A stretch of DNA of 64,000 nt from Phoronis australis (lineage: Eukaryota > Animalia > Phoronida), in contig NMRA01000046.1 in NCBI GenBank assembly GCA_002633005.1, forward strand, positions 870,144 to 934,143, in the 5' to 3' direction. The translations under genes and the position numbers were made by a program. Position 1 is the first letter of the stretch. Each line of letters opens with the position of its first letter. This document shows positions 39,328 through 52,342 of this stretch, in pieces. Below the pieces are notes generated by a model. That model ran no database searches, had not been told where the DNA came from, and worked only from the letters and a program-made list of their open reading frames with translations.

Positions 39328-40074
39328 AGGAAGAACAACTGTCTGTTATTTGTTAATCAGGAAATCCTCATCTTGATATTTAGAAATCAAAAATTCATTC
39401 TGCATAGACGGAACAGGAGTTTCTAGACACTTTAATTGCCTTTTTTTCATGTCATAAGTTGAGATTTCGTTAGTATTTCTCCTAGAAAACCTCCAAGCCT
39501 TCTTCACTGTTTGTGAGGCTAAGTAAAATGTAAATCTTGATCTTCTCAAAACTAGGAAGTCGAATGAAGGCCCCAAAAGTGTCCTTTCCTTGATATCTCA
39601 GTGCTCAATTTATCCTTGTCTGCTTTGCATTTAGTTTAGTCAAGATTTTGCAATCGCATTTGATATGTTTCTTGTTGCACTATACATATTTTTAAAGCAG
39701 TTTTGTATTTACTACAGGATTATACATTATGTAACTTAAATGTTTTCTCTGTTACTCTTCTTTCTCCAGGTCTGTGTTGACTGCTGTAATGTACTGCAGC
39801 TGTTTAATTATCAGTAAAAACTCCCTACAAGTTTATATTATGTCAACAGGTTACAAATCAACAAGGCAGGTGTTTGTAAACTGTTTTTTTCATGATGTAT
39901 GGTTTCCTGATATTCTGATTCAACGTACTTTTGTTCTTTATTTTATTACCAGATGAAATGTAGGCATTTACAATAAATAAATGAAACTCGCAAATTAGCT
40001 TATTGTTTATTTTTTCTCTTGTGGTGCATTTCCAAGTTCTCCCTGCATACCTCCCAAGATGATTCTCACAACTG

Positions 40075-40089
40075 TTAGAAGTCCAGAAG
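40075..40089 (-). CDS. CENPX: Centromere protein X (MHF2/STRA13), exon 6 (LLDF*)
   Basis: ctctacag| acceptor. Completes the hallmark EKILPQLLLDF* terminus. Confidence 0.93.
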   Translation of the reverse strand, partial: LLDF

Positions 40090-40708
40090 CTGTAGAGATA
40101 TATAAAAATCATTACACACAAAACACTTTGTCCAAGGCACAGATTACTAAAGAGTATTTATCTTAAAACCTTCAATCCATAGATCTGCAGTAAAATATTC
40201 ATCAAAATAAGGAGAAATTATGGCACATTTTGAGCACTGAAATTAATTATTTCTCTTAGAAACTGAGTCGTGAGCAATTTTTCAAGCCCACAATGTCAAT
40301 AGAAGGCGACACTTAAGAAAGTAACAAGGAACAATGAATAATTTTGAAAAACGCAGTAGGGCCACGTCCATAGTTGAATTACCATAAGCACAAAAATGAC
40401 AGAAGTCCCCTGTATGTACTACAACAATACGATTTTTTCTAATAATATTCAACTCAAACCAACATGAAGCCACATAATCATAAGGGGCCCTATCAAAATA
40501 ACTTATACTCAGGTATATTCACAGGGGTCAAGTTAATGAGCTGTAAGCTTCTGTAAGACGTGTGTTATCGCTCACATTATGTTTTGCAAATTTGACTGTT
40601 GACCAAAGTCACATCAGAATTCTAGTATTTTTGGCAAAAAACACTTAGACCTTGGGCAATGGGACCTCCACTTTTGGTCAATAGAGAGAATTCTGAGGCT
40701 ACACTCAC

Positions 40709-40765
40709 CAGTTGAGGCAGGATTTTCTCAAAATGCTCAATTGTAACAACAGATGAAGATGAATC
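40709..40765 (-). CDS. CENPX: CENP-X exon 5 (DSSSSVVTIEHFEKILPQL)
   Basis: gtttcag| and |gtgagt, phase 0/0, conserved CENP-X C-terminal helix. Confidence 0.95.
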
Positions 40766-41664
40766 CTGAAACACAAGACAGAATTTTAATATGGGACAAG
40801 TGGAAATGAATCATAGGCTACCCTGATCTATTTGCATGAGCTGAGTTTCCTGTACACCAGTTTAGGAGCCATTCTTGAATGACAACCATGTTGTCTATGA
40901 CAACGTATTGATATCACCTGAGCATAAAATTGTTAGTTTGTTTGGCTGCACCAAATATTGGTTCTTGATGCACAAATTTGATTCTCTAATGTTGAAATGT
41001 TCAGCTATTTATTTGCATATGATGAGTAGTATTTAATTGTTAGATGAAATGGTGAACACTTCACACCTCCTGCGCCATCACTAAGCGCCTGACTGATCGT
41101 AGGCACATCAAAGAATCTGCACTCGTCTGTTTATAAATTATATAGTAAAAAACTTTTCGTCATTGCCCTAGCATAAAACCAGGATCAAATTATATTATAA
41201 AGTAAATATCCACATATCTTGAATTTTCAGCAAACACAATTTGATACCAAAACAGTACAGGTCTTCCTGCCTTGATTTTAGAGCCAAATATCAACCCTAT
41301 ATACCCAAACTTCCCCTCATTAGGCTCATAAACTCCTCTCCAAGAATAATAAATGTCCTCAAGGTAAGAATAACTACAGCAAAACATTAGTTTTGTCTAC
41401 TCGATACTCTGCCGTGAACTCGGGGGTGAGAGGGTCACTCGTCACCAAGTTGTGACAAGTGTGGATTTTTATGAATTTTTTGCTGACAGATTTCGTCAGG
41501 GTGACACTGCAGGTACTGATGGCCTCTAAACAACAGGTGTCAATGCTCTAATAACAGTTGAAATCTTGTGTATACGAGCTGGCCTCTGAATAAACCACAC
41601 ATGTAACCACCAAGTGACCACAATATATGAGGATGTGTTTGATCAGTATTACCGTATATCCTAC

Positions 41665-41696
41665 CTTAGCTTCTTTTGCTGCTCTGCAGGCTGCCT
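41665..41696 (-). CDS. CENPX: CENP-X exon 4 (EAACRAAKEAK)
   Basis: gtttcag| and |gtagga, phase 1 to 0, conserved EAAxRA motif. Confidence 0.93.
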
Positions 41697-42078
41697 CTGA
41701 AACACAGCAATATGAAAGCATTCCAAAGATAATACCTGCTTTGATTGACACTGCTTGTTCAAGTAGGTTCTTTTGTGTTTTACTTGCAAAAAGGTTATGA
41801 CAAAACAACCATGCACACACGGGAGAGTGGTGCTCACTTCAGAATAAAGGATACATGTAACACAAAATATGACTTACATGTCTTCGGTAAATCTGTCTTG
41901 CAAAATGTTATGCATGATAGAATCCTTCAACATTTATAATGCAAGTGTCCAAACATACACAATATTGATGTTAAGTGCAGTCAAAGGGACTTGTTTACGA
42001 GTGAAGCTTTCAAGGAAATTTTTTGCTCGTAACCAGTCCTGTATCTTCCATTAAACTAACTAAGCTTCGCCGCAAGGT

Positions 42079-42208
42079 CCAGCACACAACAGAGGACCTG
42101 CTCTGCAGCCACATGGCCCAGCACACAACACGGGCCTGGCTCTGCAGCCACATGGCCCAGCACACAACACGGGTCTGGCTCTGCAGTCACATGGCCCTGC
42201 ACACAACA
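42079..42208. repeat. 39-bp minisatellite, ~3.3 units
   Basis: CCAGCACACAACACGGGCCTGGCTCTGCAGCCACATGGC repeated. Confidence 0.9.
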
Positions 42209-43633
42209 TGGTATTTTGTGAGCAAAAATTTTCCACATATTAAACAAGAATATTAGGCCTGCCATTGCCAGACTACCACATACGAGAATTGGCATTTGCA
42301 TTGAAAGTTACATCCGATTTAAAACAGATACCTGCACATGAATTGTACTTAGCACTATGAAAAATTGTATTTATATTTGATATTTTGTGTCTTGAATTGG
42401 TTACGGTGTGATATTACTAATCATATTTGAAATGAGTAATCCAATAAATCAAATTTCAAATTCAAAAATGCCCTGCATAAAGTGCATTTAGTAGGCAGTG
42501 TACATATTAATTGTTTAGGGATAGTTGTGCTTCCAAAATGTGTAACTGCATTCATAAGAACAATCTTCCTTCCTTCGGTCAAACATTGGTCCTATGAATA
42601 TATTTTTCAAATTGGTTACCGGTTCAGTTTGTGATAATGACTTTGTGACAACTGATTTGTACACAGGTGGCAGTCTTATACAGAACCGGTTAAACAAAGT
42701 CCGCTAAGTGCTGTTGAAAAAACACAAAATTAGTGCACTATGCATATGTATATCGGATTACGACAATGTGCTGCAATAATTCTGTCATCTAAAATACCTT
42801 GTACATTTGACACCTAAAAATGCATTAAAGAATTGCCAAGGGTATGAAAAATACAATTATTACATCATACAATAACTGTAAATTTTTAAAAAATATACAA
42901 CGGTTGACCTTTACCTAAGTAACAAAGAATTACAAAGAACAGAAAGGTTTAATTTAAACCAAAATGTTGACGACTTTCAAAAAGCAAGTCAGCTCAAATC
43001 ATCAGAAGCTGTTTTCACATTTAATGCATAGCAGGCCTCTGTAAAAAATATGTCAGTTAAACTATGGTGACAGAAAATGAAAATGAATTGGTGAAAGAGT
43101 CTGTTACACGCCAATACGTGCAGGCCACCACACCACCAGAACCATAAACAAACATAAAACACAAAGAGTTCTTGTAGCTTAGAACCTCACAAAACCTTAA
43201 TCCACCTCTGGTGCATTCCACAGTATTGGTTTTGTTACAGATGTGACATTCAGACACTTTAAATTCCAATATAAAATTAGTGAAACATCACAGTAGTAAG
43301 AAATTTTAAGTACACATTACACACTTGATGGAAGTTTTTCAGGTATCAAAAGTTTTTAATTCTGCACATTATAAGTGTACTAAAATTTACTTTTAATTAG
43401 TGTTACAGATGTGACCGAAAATGCCATGGTTAATATGCNCCCTTGGTTGTCATCCCTTGTACATACACACGCTAACTGCGCGATTTAGTCAAGCGCAAAA
43501 TATATGAAAGGATTTTTTTCTAACACGCTTGAAAAATCTAGCCTTTTGATCCAAATCAAACCTAGTATAAGAGTTGAAAAATATTTCTGCAACATGTGGA
43601 TTGCATAAAGAAAGTACTGCTTGACATACTTAC

Positions 43634-43687
43634 CAGCAACAAACAGTCGCAGGTATTCAGTTGTCAGCAGCTGTGCTTCAGAACTAA
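43634..43687 (-). CDS. CENPX: CENP-X exon 3 (VSSEAQLLTTEYLRLFVA)
   Basis: acttacag| and |gtaagt, phase 1/1, histone-fold helix 2. Confidence 0.95.
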
Positions 43688-44889
43688 CTGTAAGTACATT
43701 TATAAAACATTAGGGACATATCATGCACGCTTCAGTGCAACTGGTGTGATCTGTGCTAGACTTGATCAGTTAATGGCAATGTTTTGAAATGATTGAATTT
43801 CAAGCAGTTTTCATCTGCAAACATGAATGATACGTTTCCACAGTCACTGATAATTTCTCACTTCATACAATAGAAGGATTATACATTAATGATAATTTAC
43901 CATCTACAAAATGTTTTTCACCATGTTTAGTACTCCTTTGAAGTGAAATTGCTAACCAATCACTAAACCTTTTAAGAATGAGTGCTAGCACAACAGCAAT
44001 GTACCAGTGTTTAGATAGTAGATATAGCTTATATGTTCTTACCAAGAACATTATGGATGGACTGAAAGGGTATTGACATTGATGAACCAAGTAAGTAATT
44101 ATAGTGATTGACCTAGGATATGCTGAAAGAGCATTACTGTACAATTCAAAAGGAAACTTAAGAAAAAAAATCACCAGTTCTGGGCAAAACTCTTGGCCAG
44201 TTTCTTTTTCCTTATCCAACAGTGTCTAACGTTGCCATGGATACACACAGTTTTTCAAAACGTGTCTGATGGTCACTATGGAATAGAACTCCAAAATCAT
44301 TTATTTAAAAATAATAATTGCAGGCAGCCTGGTACACGTTGTTCCAGACATGCACAGGCGTTCCTGTTGGCCCATTGCACTGATCTCCTGGAACCACTTT
44401 TTTATTCTTTATTGATATATAGTTAAAACCCAGCTGAGGAGCTAGAAACCTGACTCAAGAGTCTAGCAGAGTGGCCTAGTGAGATTTGAACACACAAAGA
44501 AGGCACCTATCACACTACGCCACACTGCCTCCTCTGAAGTATTTATTTGGTGTTCGCACATTTTTTTATATCATTAGATATAACATCTCATTTTCTAAAC
44601 TGCCACTATGGATGCTTCTTGTCAGTTGGGATTACAGTAGCCACTTACCAACAGTGCCTGGACCTCATTTTGTTTTGGGATTATGGAACATAGATGGGAT
44701 ACAGTGATAACCATAAACATGGAAATATTCTTTCCTGCCCATTTTAACAACAATTGACTATCATCAAAAATTGAACATTTTCGTTTTTAGAATGACAAAA
44801 ATCGGCAACATCTGGTCAGCAGAAGATAGAAATAATGTAAATTACAACTGCTGTTCCATTGATATGTCCCAATCTCTTCATACACTTAC

Positions 44890-44941
44890 CTCTCATTTTC
44901 TTGTCTTTAAAATAAAACTGCAAAGTTTTATGTATAATTTC
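44890..44941 (-). CDS. CENPX: CENP-X exon 2 (EIIHKTLQFYFKDKKMR)
   Basis: gatttcag| and |gtaagt, phase 0 to 1. FKDKKMR corresponds to human FKDDKTK. Confidence 0.93.
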
Positions 44942-46179
44942 CTGAAATCAGAAAATGGATTAAAATTATATTGCCAAAAACAAAATAACTTACCCTATCT
45001 GATGAGTATTCACAAGTTTTATTAAGCAACAAGATACAATGATTTTAGTTTCAAGGTGTTCATGCTCGGTAAAAATTTTGTAACATCAAATTTGTCCCTT
45101 TCCTATGCAATTTTGACATAGGAACATGGATGATACTAGTAAATGCTTGAAAGTTGCCCGTTACAGACGTTTAAGAGAAAACAATCTAATAGATGTCACC
45201 TTCTTGTGTAATTATTCGCCTTTTGTAACAAAGAAAAGTATGTCGTCGTACTGAAAATAGTGCGCTCAGGACATGTGCACGTGCCATTTCCTAATTTTTT
45301 GCGACATCTCTAGGGAGATGATGACAGCTTCGCAGCAGCAAACTTTGTTCCGAAATTCGGTTTGCTGGTTGTCAAAATTCTAAAATCTTATAATGAAGTG
45401 AAATGAGTTCCCATAATTTGTTGTGAAGTGTACGCAACCTCGTGAAAAACAGATTGAATGAAGAATCAGTGGAAAAAATGGCCAAAGGTGACGCAATATT
45501 TCACGACATCGAAAGCCCGCGCAAAAGATCACACCACAATTTTAGCAGCAGAATAACGGTATAACTCCAGTTAGAAGAGTTTTTAATGACACTAATTTTG
45601 TGTCAGATTTTATCTGGTTCATTTTTTACCCACATTAGCGCAAAGCTACATCAAGTCTAAGTTAGTACTAGAAATTAGTCTAGCATGCGTCATATAGTAA
45701 GCAATTGCCAAAGTTTTTAATGACATTGTCGTACTCACCGAATTATTCCATTTTAAAGTTATGCTTTGAATAGGATTTGATTTAACTCTCACAAATGTCT
45801 AGTATTCGTTGATTCAAAAGTTTTCATTAATTTATGCCAAGTTGTTTCGACTGTACATTGCTTTTCGGCAGCCAATTTTGTAAGAACAGAAAAACACGCA
45901 GAAAAAGGCCAAATAAATAGCAGAAGGTGGTTTACAAAAATTCTACTTCAACAGCAGACTGTTTTTACTAGTATGATACCGATTTATTTGGATCAGAATT
46001 TCATTTCAGATTTGGAAAATAAATATTTTTGAAATCTAAACAATAAAATAACCAGAACATGAAAATTAGAGATAGCATATAAAGAACGTTTTTTCTAACA
46101 ATCTAACATTTTTGTTCTAAATAATTAGCTTTCTTGTAACTTTTCAACAATTTGTAACAGATTCTCTTCTGAATGCTGG

Positions 46180-46680
46180 CTGTGGCTTTGTGACAATGAC
46201 AAAAAAAGTCATGGCCCCTCAGAGTATGAACAGCACAACAAAATAATCCATCCAGTGGTCGCATTTTGGAAAATTGCATCTTCCCAAAGCTCACTATAAC
46301 CATTGGCGGGCAACGCCAAATCTGTGGTAGTGACCACTTCTGACATGCACAGCAGACCTCATCTTCTGCATCTGAATCAGCACAGTCACTGGCCATCCAA
46401 ATTTTCTAACTGTGTACCGCTGTCCTCGGTTGTTTTACTCCAGATGGACCTTAATCATTTTGCTCTTGTTGTTCTTGACACCGCTTATCTCAGCTTTCAG
46501 TATTTCTTCATTCTCCGTTAAACACCTTGCCAGCCAAAAACAGAACTGTAAACCTTCCACATTTGGTTGGCGGAAGTTGATCATTAGACCTCGATACAGT
46601 TTTAATAATTTACCCAATGTCATATGGTTTGAACTTTTATTCTCATCTTCAATGGGCTTCTGTAACCATAAATAAATCAA
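46180..46680 (-). pseudogene. Degenerate transposase C-terminus with PHD-like Cys cluster (pogo/DDE-type, tentative)
   Basis: Acidic stretch, then EVCCACQKWS...VIVS...FCC...FFCHCH, with frameshifts. Confidence 0.45.
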
Positions 46681-47498
46681 TACCCAAGTTGCATTTGCGT
46701 TTTATTGCTCGATCTCTTATTTTTATTTTTAATTATGTCATGCTGTGTTGTATATAACAATGCAATACAGTGAAATAAATTCAACATTTTACTTTATTGT
46801 TGACTACTTTCTATCAATTCAAGTATTTTTAATTTTCTTCAAATAAATACAAAATGCCTGAACCAAAAATTTCAGCATTAATGTTGAGCTCTGTATTGTG
46901 TTCTGCAATGAAAAACAAGTGGACAATATTTTGATGGCCAATGGCTGGGCTGAAACTGTTAAAGGAAAATGCCACCCGATTTAATTAGTCTTTTTTACCG
47001 TCTTAATCAGTCTATATCCACATCGCCTCTTATACGGTCGACCTCACCTTGCCGAGAGGTGTCGCGTTAACCTGTGAAGAAGGTGTAAAAAGACGCAGCG
47101 ACATCAGTGGTTCGCCTGCAGAGTGAATGCCGCTATATTGCGATGTATCATTCCCGCTTGTCCAAACTATGAGCCTGCGAAGAAAGCGAGTATATCGTTT
47201 TTTTGACTTCCTCACGAGCCCAGAATGCTTAGGAAGTGGCTCGCGGTAGTGAAGAATGAAAGGTACGCTGTTAATAGCAAGTATGAGGCCGTGAAACATC
47301 TCTGTGTCTGTGGCCGACATTTCGTCAACAGTGATTTCTCTGACGAATTCCAGCTTACCTAAGAACTATCCATACTTTCCGTTGCCTGTGCATGTTCACA
47401 GCGCCTCTCTAGTATTTCTTGATCAGTGTATTCCNGTTCTGCAATGAAAAACAAGTGGACAATATTTTAATGGCCAATGGCTGGGCTGAAACTGTTAA

Positions 47499-49101
47499 AG
47501 GAAAATGCCACCCGATTTAATTAGTCTTTTTACCGTCTTAATCAGTCTATATCCACATCGCCTCTTATACGGTCGACCTCAACTTGCCGAGAGGTGTCGC
47601 GTTAACCTGTGAAGAAGGTGTAAAAAGACGCAGCGACATCAGTGGTTCGTCTGCTGAGTGAATGCCGATGTATCATTCCCGCTTGTCCAAACTATGAGCC
47701 TGCGAAGAAAGCGAGTATATCGTTTTTTTTTTGACTTCCTCACGAGCCCAAAATGCTTAGGAAGTGGCTCGCGGTAATGAAGAATGAAAGGTACGCTGTT
47801 AATAGCAAGTATGAGGCCGTGAAACATCTCTGTGTCTGTGGCTGACATTTCGCCGACAGTGATTTCTCTGACGAATTCCAGCTTACCTAAGAACTATCCA
47901 TACTTTTCGTTGCCTGTGCATGTTCACAGCGCCTCTCCAGTATTTCTTGATCAGTGTATTCCGGTTCGATCTGATAGCCAGTGAAACCTAACGATCTGAT
48001 TCATGAAGTCTTCATCGGATGAGCTCTTTATTAAGTCGGGACTGGCGCCGGGCGAGTTGCCATGTAGACGTTTATTAATTTATTCTGCATTCTGTTTCAA
48101 AATTATTCTCATCCCAACCAATGCTTATACAAAAACTGAAACAAAAGTCTGTCTCATTAGATACAATTTGTAATGCCTTGGAATATCCGTGAGTGCAAAT
48201 GTTGAGAAGCCAGCAATCAATAAACCACTGCCTTACCGGCTTTTGATGCTGGCAATAAAGGTAATTGACCGGGCACCGAGGCCGTGTGAGCACAAGCTAA
48301 TTCAGTGTTTGCTGACAGAAAGCTGTTGTGACACAATTACACGATTTCATATGCTACGGTCACATGTTAGGGGAATCTTTATTCAATTCATTGTTACTGT
48401 ACAACCTTTGCCCCGACGGTCTGTGGAAGGGGAACCCAACTTTGCGGCCCCCCAGAAGTAAGTAGATTTTCAGTTTCGTGGCTAATTCACATATACGTGC
48501 ACATTATTTCTTTGACTCACTATTATAGTATTTTCGTGACTGGAGGTTTAGTTTCCAACTCAAGTTGGTTTATGTTCGTGCCAGTCTAGGCCGCCGCGAT
48601 GGGCCTGATCGGGTTCTGAGCCACTGGCCGGGATAACAAGCGTTTCGTGTGTTTAGAACTCAAAAATCACAAGTCTAAACAACATAGATCTAAGTTCTCC
48701 TGTCTGTATTTCACAGAAGAATACTTTGAATTTATCTCCAAACAGACCCCAAACTCCTGCTACGGACGTTATTGGCCTGTCGAACTTTGTAGGCTACGGT
48801 GTGTCCAAATACCAATAAATCCGTAACAACGAAATAAAACAACACGTTTTTATAAGAACTCTGTGTATTTTTAAGTATTTTACATCGAAGTTTGATGATT
48901 TACTGGCGTTAAACGACACAAGTAAACCGTGTTGTGAACTGCTGCACAGACTGCGTGTGAAACCAATGATGTCATTGGATAATTTCAACACCTCCGTCTG
49001 CCGTCAGGTGTCAGGTAACGCAACTGAACGAGCTGTTATCGAGTAGAATTACTCAACCTAAATTGACACAAAATAGGTTGTTTTTTGGATGGCATTCTCC
49101 T
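47499..49101 (+). mobile_element. Kolobok-like non-autonomous element (1.6 kb) with decayed THAP domain
   Basis: TTAA TSD, TIR AGGAAAATGCCACCC / GGATGGCATTCTCCT. CIIPACPN...SFFDF...LRKWLAV...VCG(R)HF...DF at ~47667-47890. Left part duplicated at 46963-47434 across an N. Confidence 0.85.
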
Positions 49102-49480
49102 TTAAGCACCCAGAGTGTTGCATTCGGAGTTTTTCCTTTGGCCTTATGCTAGATCTGGGCTAGTGCCTGGGACAAATAGACACATTGCATAAACAATCCC
49201 TGGGTTGTTTTTCATTCCGTCTGAAGGAAATTTAATTTTGAAAATATCTCATGAAAAAGGAATAAAAAAGTGAATTTGTAAAATCTACAAACTTTTCAGT
49301 GGCTTTAAAAAACAATTGGTAAATCACTAAATGTACTTCATCTCATTTCTTTGATGCGTGTCTTTCCCAAGAGCTTAGTACCAAACAAGCAAACAAGCAC
49401 TCCAGATTGATACGCTAAGTCCTGCGTGGCTGCTCTGCACGCGAAAGAAGATGGCGCACGACCATTGGAGCCTGACGACT

Positions 49481-50228
49481 ATGGTGAATGTTGGCCAAAA
49501 CCCTTTTGTCCACTGATGTCACACGCATCAGCTGGCGCCCCCAGTGGAGGCCATGAGAACTCGTAAGCCGAGTTTAACCAGATTTAGCCTATCAGTATCA
49601 GTACGGACCAAGCAGTCACAGATATGGATAATTCTATGTATCCTGACTTTCGTCAATCCTCAAAATCTAAGAATTAAGAATGTATTTGAGATATGTTATA
49701 TAGTGAATTCTGAGGTTGCGGCATGATAAATAATTTTGCTCAGTTGAACTGAGTCCCATGCGTCCGCGAGTACTGCGAATGGCCAGGTTACTTAAGTATG
49801 CAGAGGCTGTGTTTACGTTTCAGCTTTTCGTGATTTACGGCAGTGATAAGACGTCTGCTGTCTGTGAATAGAATGTGGCTGAGCATTCGATGATTTTGTT
49901 TTTTATTAAAATTTTGAAAGTTGTGTCAAACAAAATGGTATGTTCAAAGTTGACTCATATTTGCCATGGGTTTGCCTAAATATCCGTAAATAGTTTCATT
50001 CAAGAACATCACTGTCCGTGCCCTGGCATACAAACAAATATATCAGTATAGAGTATCTTTGTTTGATACAAATGATGTTATCACCCTGAGTCGAGTTACC
50101 AGTTGCGTAAACGAACTGCAGACTCTGTAAGGGCAGCCCACCAGTGCAAAAGTCTCCTAACCTCCACTGGGGGCGCCAGCATGCGTGTGACGTCAGTGGA
50201 CAGAAGGGTTTTGGCCAACATTCACCAT
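49481..50228. mobile_element. MITE-like element with ~68-bp inverted repeats
   Basis: ATGGTGAATGTTGGCCAAAACCC...GGCGCCCCCAGTGGAGG (49481-49550) is inverted at 50161-50228. Confidence 0.8.
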
Positions 50229-51086
50229 TCTGCATCCCGACGATATTCAATAATTCTGTTTTGACAAATCCGACCAGTGTACTGTCACTCAGAACTCCAT
50301 GGCTTCTTTACCCGAACCAAAAAAAAATTACGAAATAAATTGGACAATTATTCCGAATAACCACATCAACAGACCTTAGAATAAACTGTGACGTGAGCGC
50401 GGTCTATTGATGGAGCCGTGAGTGAGGACGAGTCGTCAGTTTAGCTTCAGAAGCTAGAGTGTTATATGTTAAAGGGGTGTAAGATGGTCAATTCCTTATA
50501 TGGAACTTCCGATGACGAAATTTTTAGTTCTATTCTGATTGGTTTTCACATTTATCTTGAGACCCCTATTTTAGCGTAATTTGGAACATTTGCGGTGCCA
50601 ATAAGCCTATAAAAACAGGCCCCTCACGCTAAAACTTCGGATTCTGACGGGTCTCGTCTCTATCCGCAAGGAATCTCAGCCAAGCAAACTAACTGTTTGG
50701 GCCTTTTAAATTTGGACTTTGACGTTTTTAGCGAATTCTTCTTGTTTCTAAATTCTTTGTGTTAGAAGTTAAAGCTGCGATGTCGACGGAAGTTAGCGAT
50801 GAGTTGTAAGTTTGTAGATTTGTGTTTCATATATATTGCATAATAAAATTCAGTATATTTATCTACTTCTCTCTTGTTTCACTCTCTATAAGTTGTCACC
50901 ATGGTTCTCTCGTATGCGATTCGAACGAGTGAAAAAGTACACAACGCTGCAAATATTTTTATCGGCTACGAACAGTCGACATTTTAGAAACTAGGTAGAT
51001 CGGTGCTGGTCGCTCCACCGATTCCCATTACAAAACTAATAACCTTAACTGTAATCTTTATAGCCTTGTTATTGGCAAAATTTTAC

Positions 51087-51116
51087 CTGTTTAAAAGTCG
51101 ACTGGTTTGCCGCCAT
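51087..51116 (-). CDS. CENPX: CENP-X exon 1 (MAANQSTFKQ)
   Basis: ACAATGGCG start context, CAG|gtaaaa phase-0 donor, FK motif as in human GFRK. Confidence 0.85.
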
Positions 51117-51411
51117 TGTGGCATGGCAACAGGCAGTACTAGGGATTTAGCGTACGTTCAAAATAACTGAACACTCAAGTTTGACATACCTGAAAGAAAA
51201 AAATAGATATGTTACAACACAATAGAAAAATGAGAGAAAATGCGATCATAAAGCCAAATAATAATTGAAAACTGAGTTTTTAATGTTTGCATAGACCTAA
51301 AGTTCTGTGATGTAAGGTTAGCATTACCTTGGTACAAACAGCTCACTGCTTGCGTCTGTAGTAGCTCTCCAGTTTGTTGAGCGTACGTCTTGTCATTGAG
51401 TTGTTGTAATC
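51117..51411. promoter_or_regulatory. Putative bidirectional promoter/5' UTR region between CENPX and PCYT2
   Basis: Divergent start codons 295 bp apart. RFX-like CATGGCAAC half-site at 51122-51130. Confidence 0.6.
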
Positions 51412-51503
51412 ATGTCAGAGGAAAGTAAGAGGTCTTCAGGCGACAACGGGGTTGCTAGCCCGCAGAAAAAAAGCAAGCAAGTTAGAGTCTGGGTTGATGG
51501 ATG
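51412..51503 (+). CDS. PCYT2: Ethanolamine-phosphate cytidylyltransferase, exon 1 (MSEESKR...QVRVWVDG)
   Basis: VRVWVDGC motif, TG|gtgaga phase-2 donor. Confidence 0.93.
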
Positions 51504-52090
51504 GTGAGATTATTGGTTGAAACAAGTTTGATTTACTTTGACCAACCTCGTCCTCGGTTTGAACTTGTTTGAAGCTCGGGCTAGGCTAATCACTGTCACA
51601 GACGGCAACATACGCCCCTGGCTATGAATCAGTTCCAACTCCTGTATTCTATGATGGGAAAACATGTCTTTTTCATGTTATAAACTCCTAGATTGTATCA
51701 GTTTGTTGTGAAATTTGTAAGTCAGCCACTTACTTAGTAACCTGGGCGTGTCTCGACAGAGTTGGAGGCTTTTAGCAGTGTTTAAGTGACATTATTTGGA
51801 CAAAAAGTGATTTTCTGAGATCAGCTGAATCATGGTTGCAGTCTAACACTCTGTTGGCTGAGCATTTGTTTTAAATTTAATTTGAAGCCTAGACAATGAC
51901 CATCATCTGCTGACGTAGCCATAGCAGAGATGGTGGAGCTCCTATAGGAGCTTTCATGCCAGAAGCTTTTCGGAGAATTATGCCTCACACTGACTAAAAC
52001 ATCAAAGTCAGGTTGTTATAAATACCTTTTGTGCATAGGTGGACACCTTAGGAGGTCGTCGATGTATTTAATTACTTCCAACACTAACAA

Positions 52091-52282
52091 TACTCCCATT
52101 ATCAAAGTTTTCTTGGAGCAGTCGTTCAGTTCCCATGATCGGTAACTCGCCATTTTCAACACTGCACCCGGCAGGTGGCATGATGTACGTGTGCTCTAAC
52201 ATGCACAAGGTGAAAATTGCAAGTTACTAATTTGGGAACTGAACGAGGGACTACTCGAAGAAAAAGTTTGATAACAGGAGTA
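52091..52282. mobile_element. ~190-bp fold-back MITE with TA ends (Tc1/mariner-type)
   Basis: TACTCC...ATCAAA...GTTCAGTTCCCA / TGGGAACTGAAC...TTTGATAACAGGAGTA. Confidence 0.65.
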
Positions 52283-52342
52283 TCAGTCTTTTGCGTTTTT
52301 GTTGCTTTGTAGCAAATGGTAGTAAGATTTCCTGAATATTAT

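Noticed and set aside
42023-42301. Cys/His-rich repeat ORFs on both strands
   Set aside because: A 39-bp minisatellite in a CENPX intron, with no splice or homology support.
46900-47963. ~535-bp tandem duplication of the THAP-containing segment
   Set aside because: The junction is the N at 47435, so probably the same scaffolding artefact.
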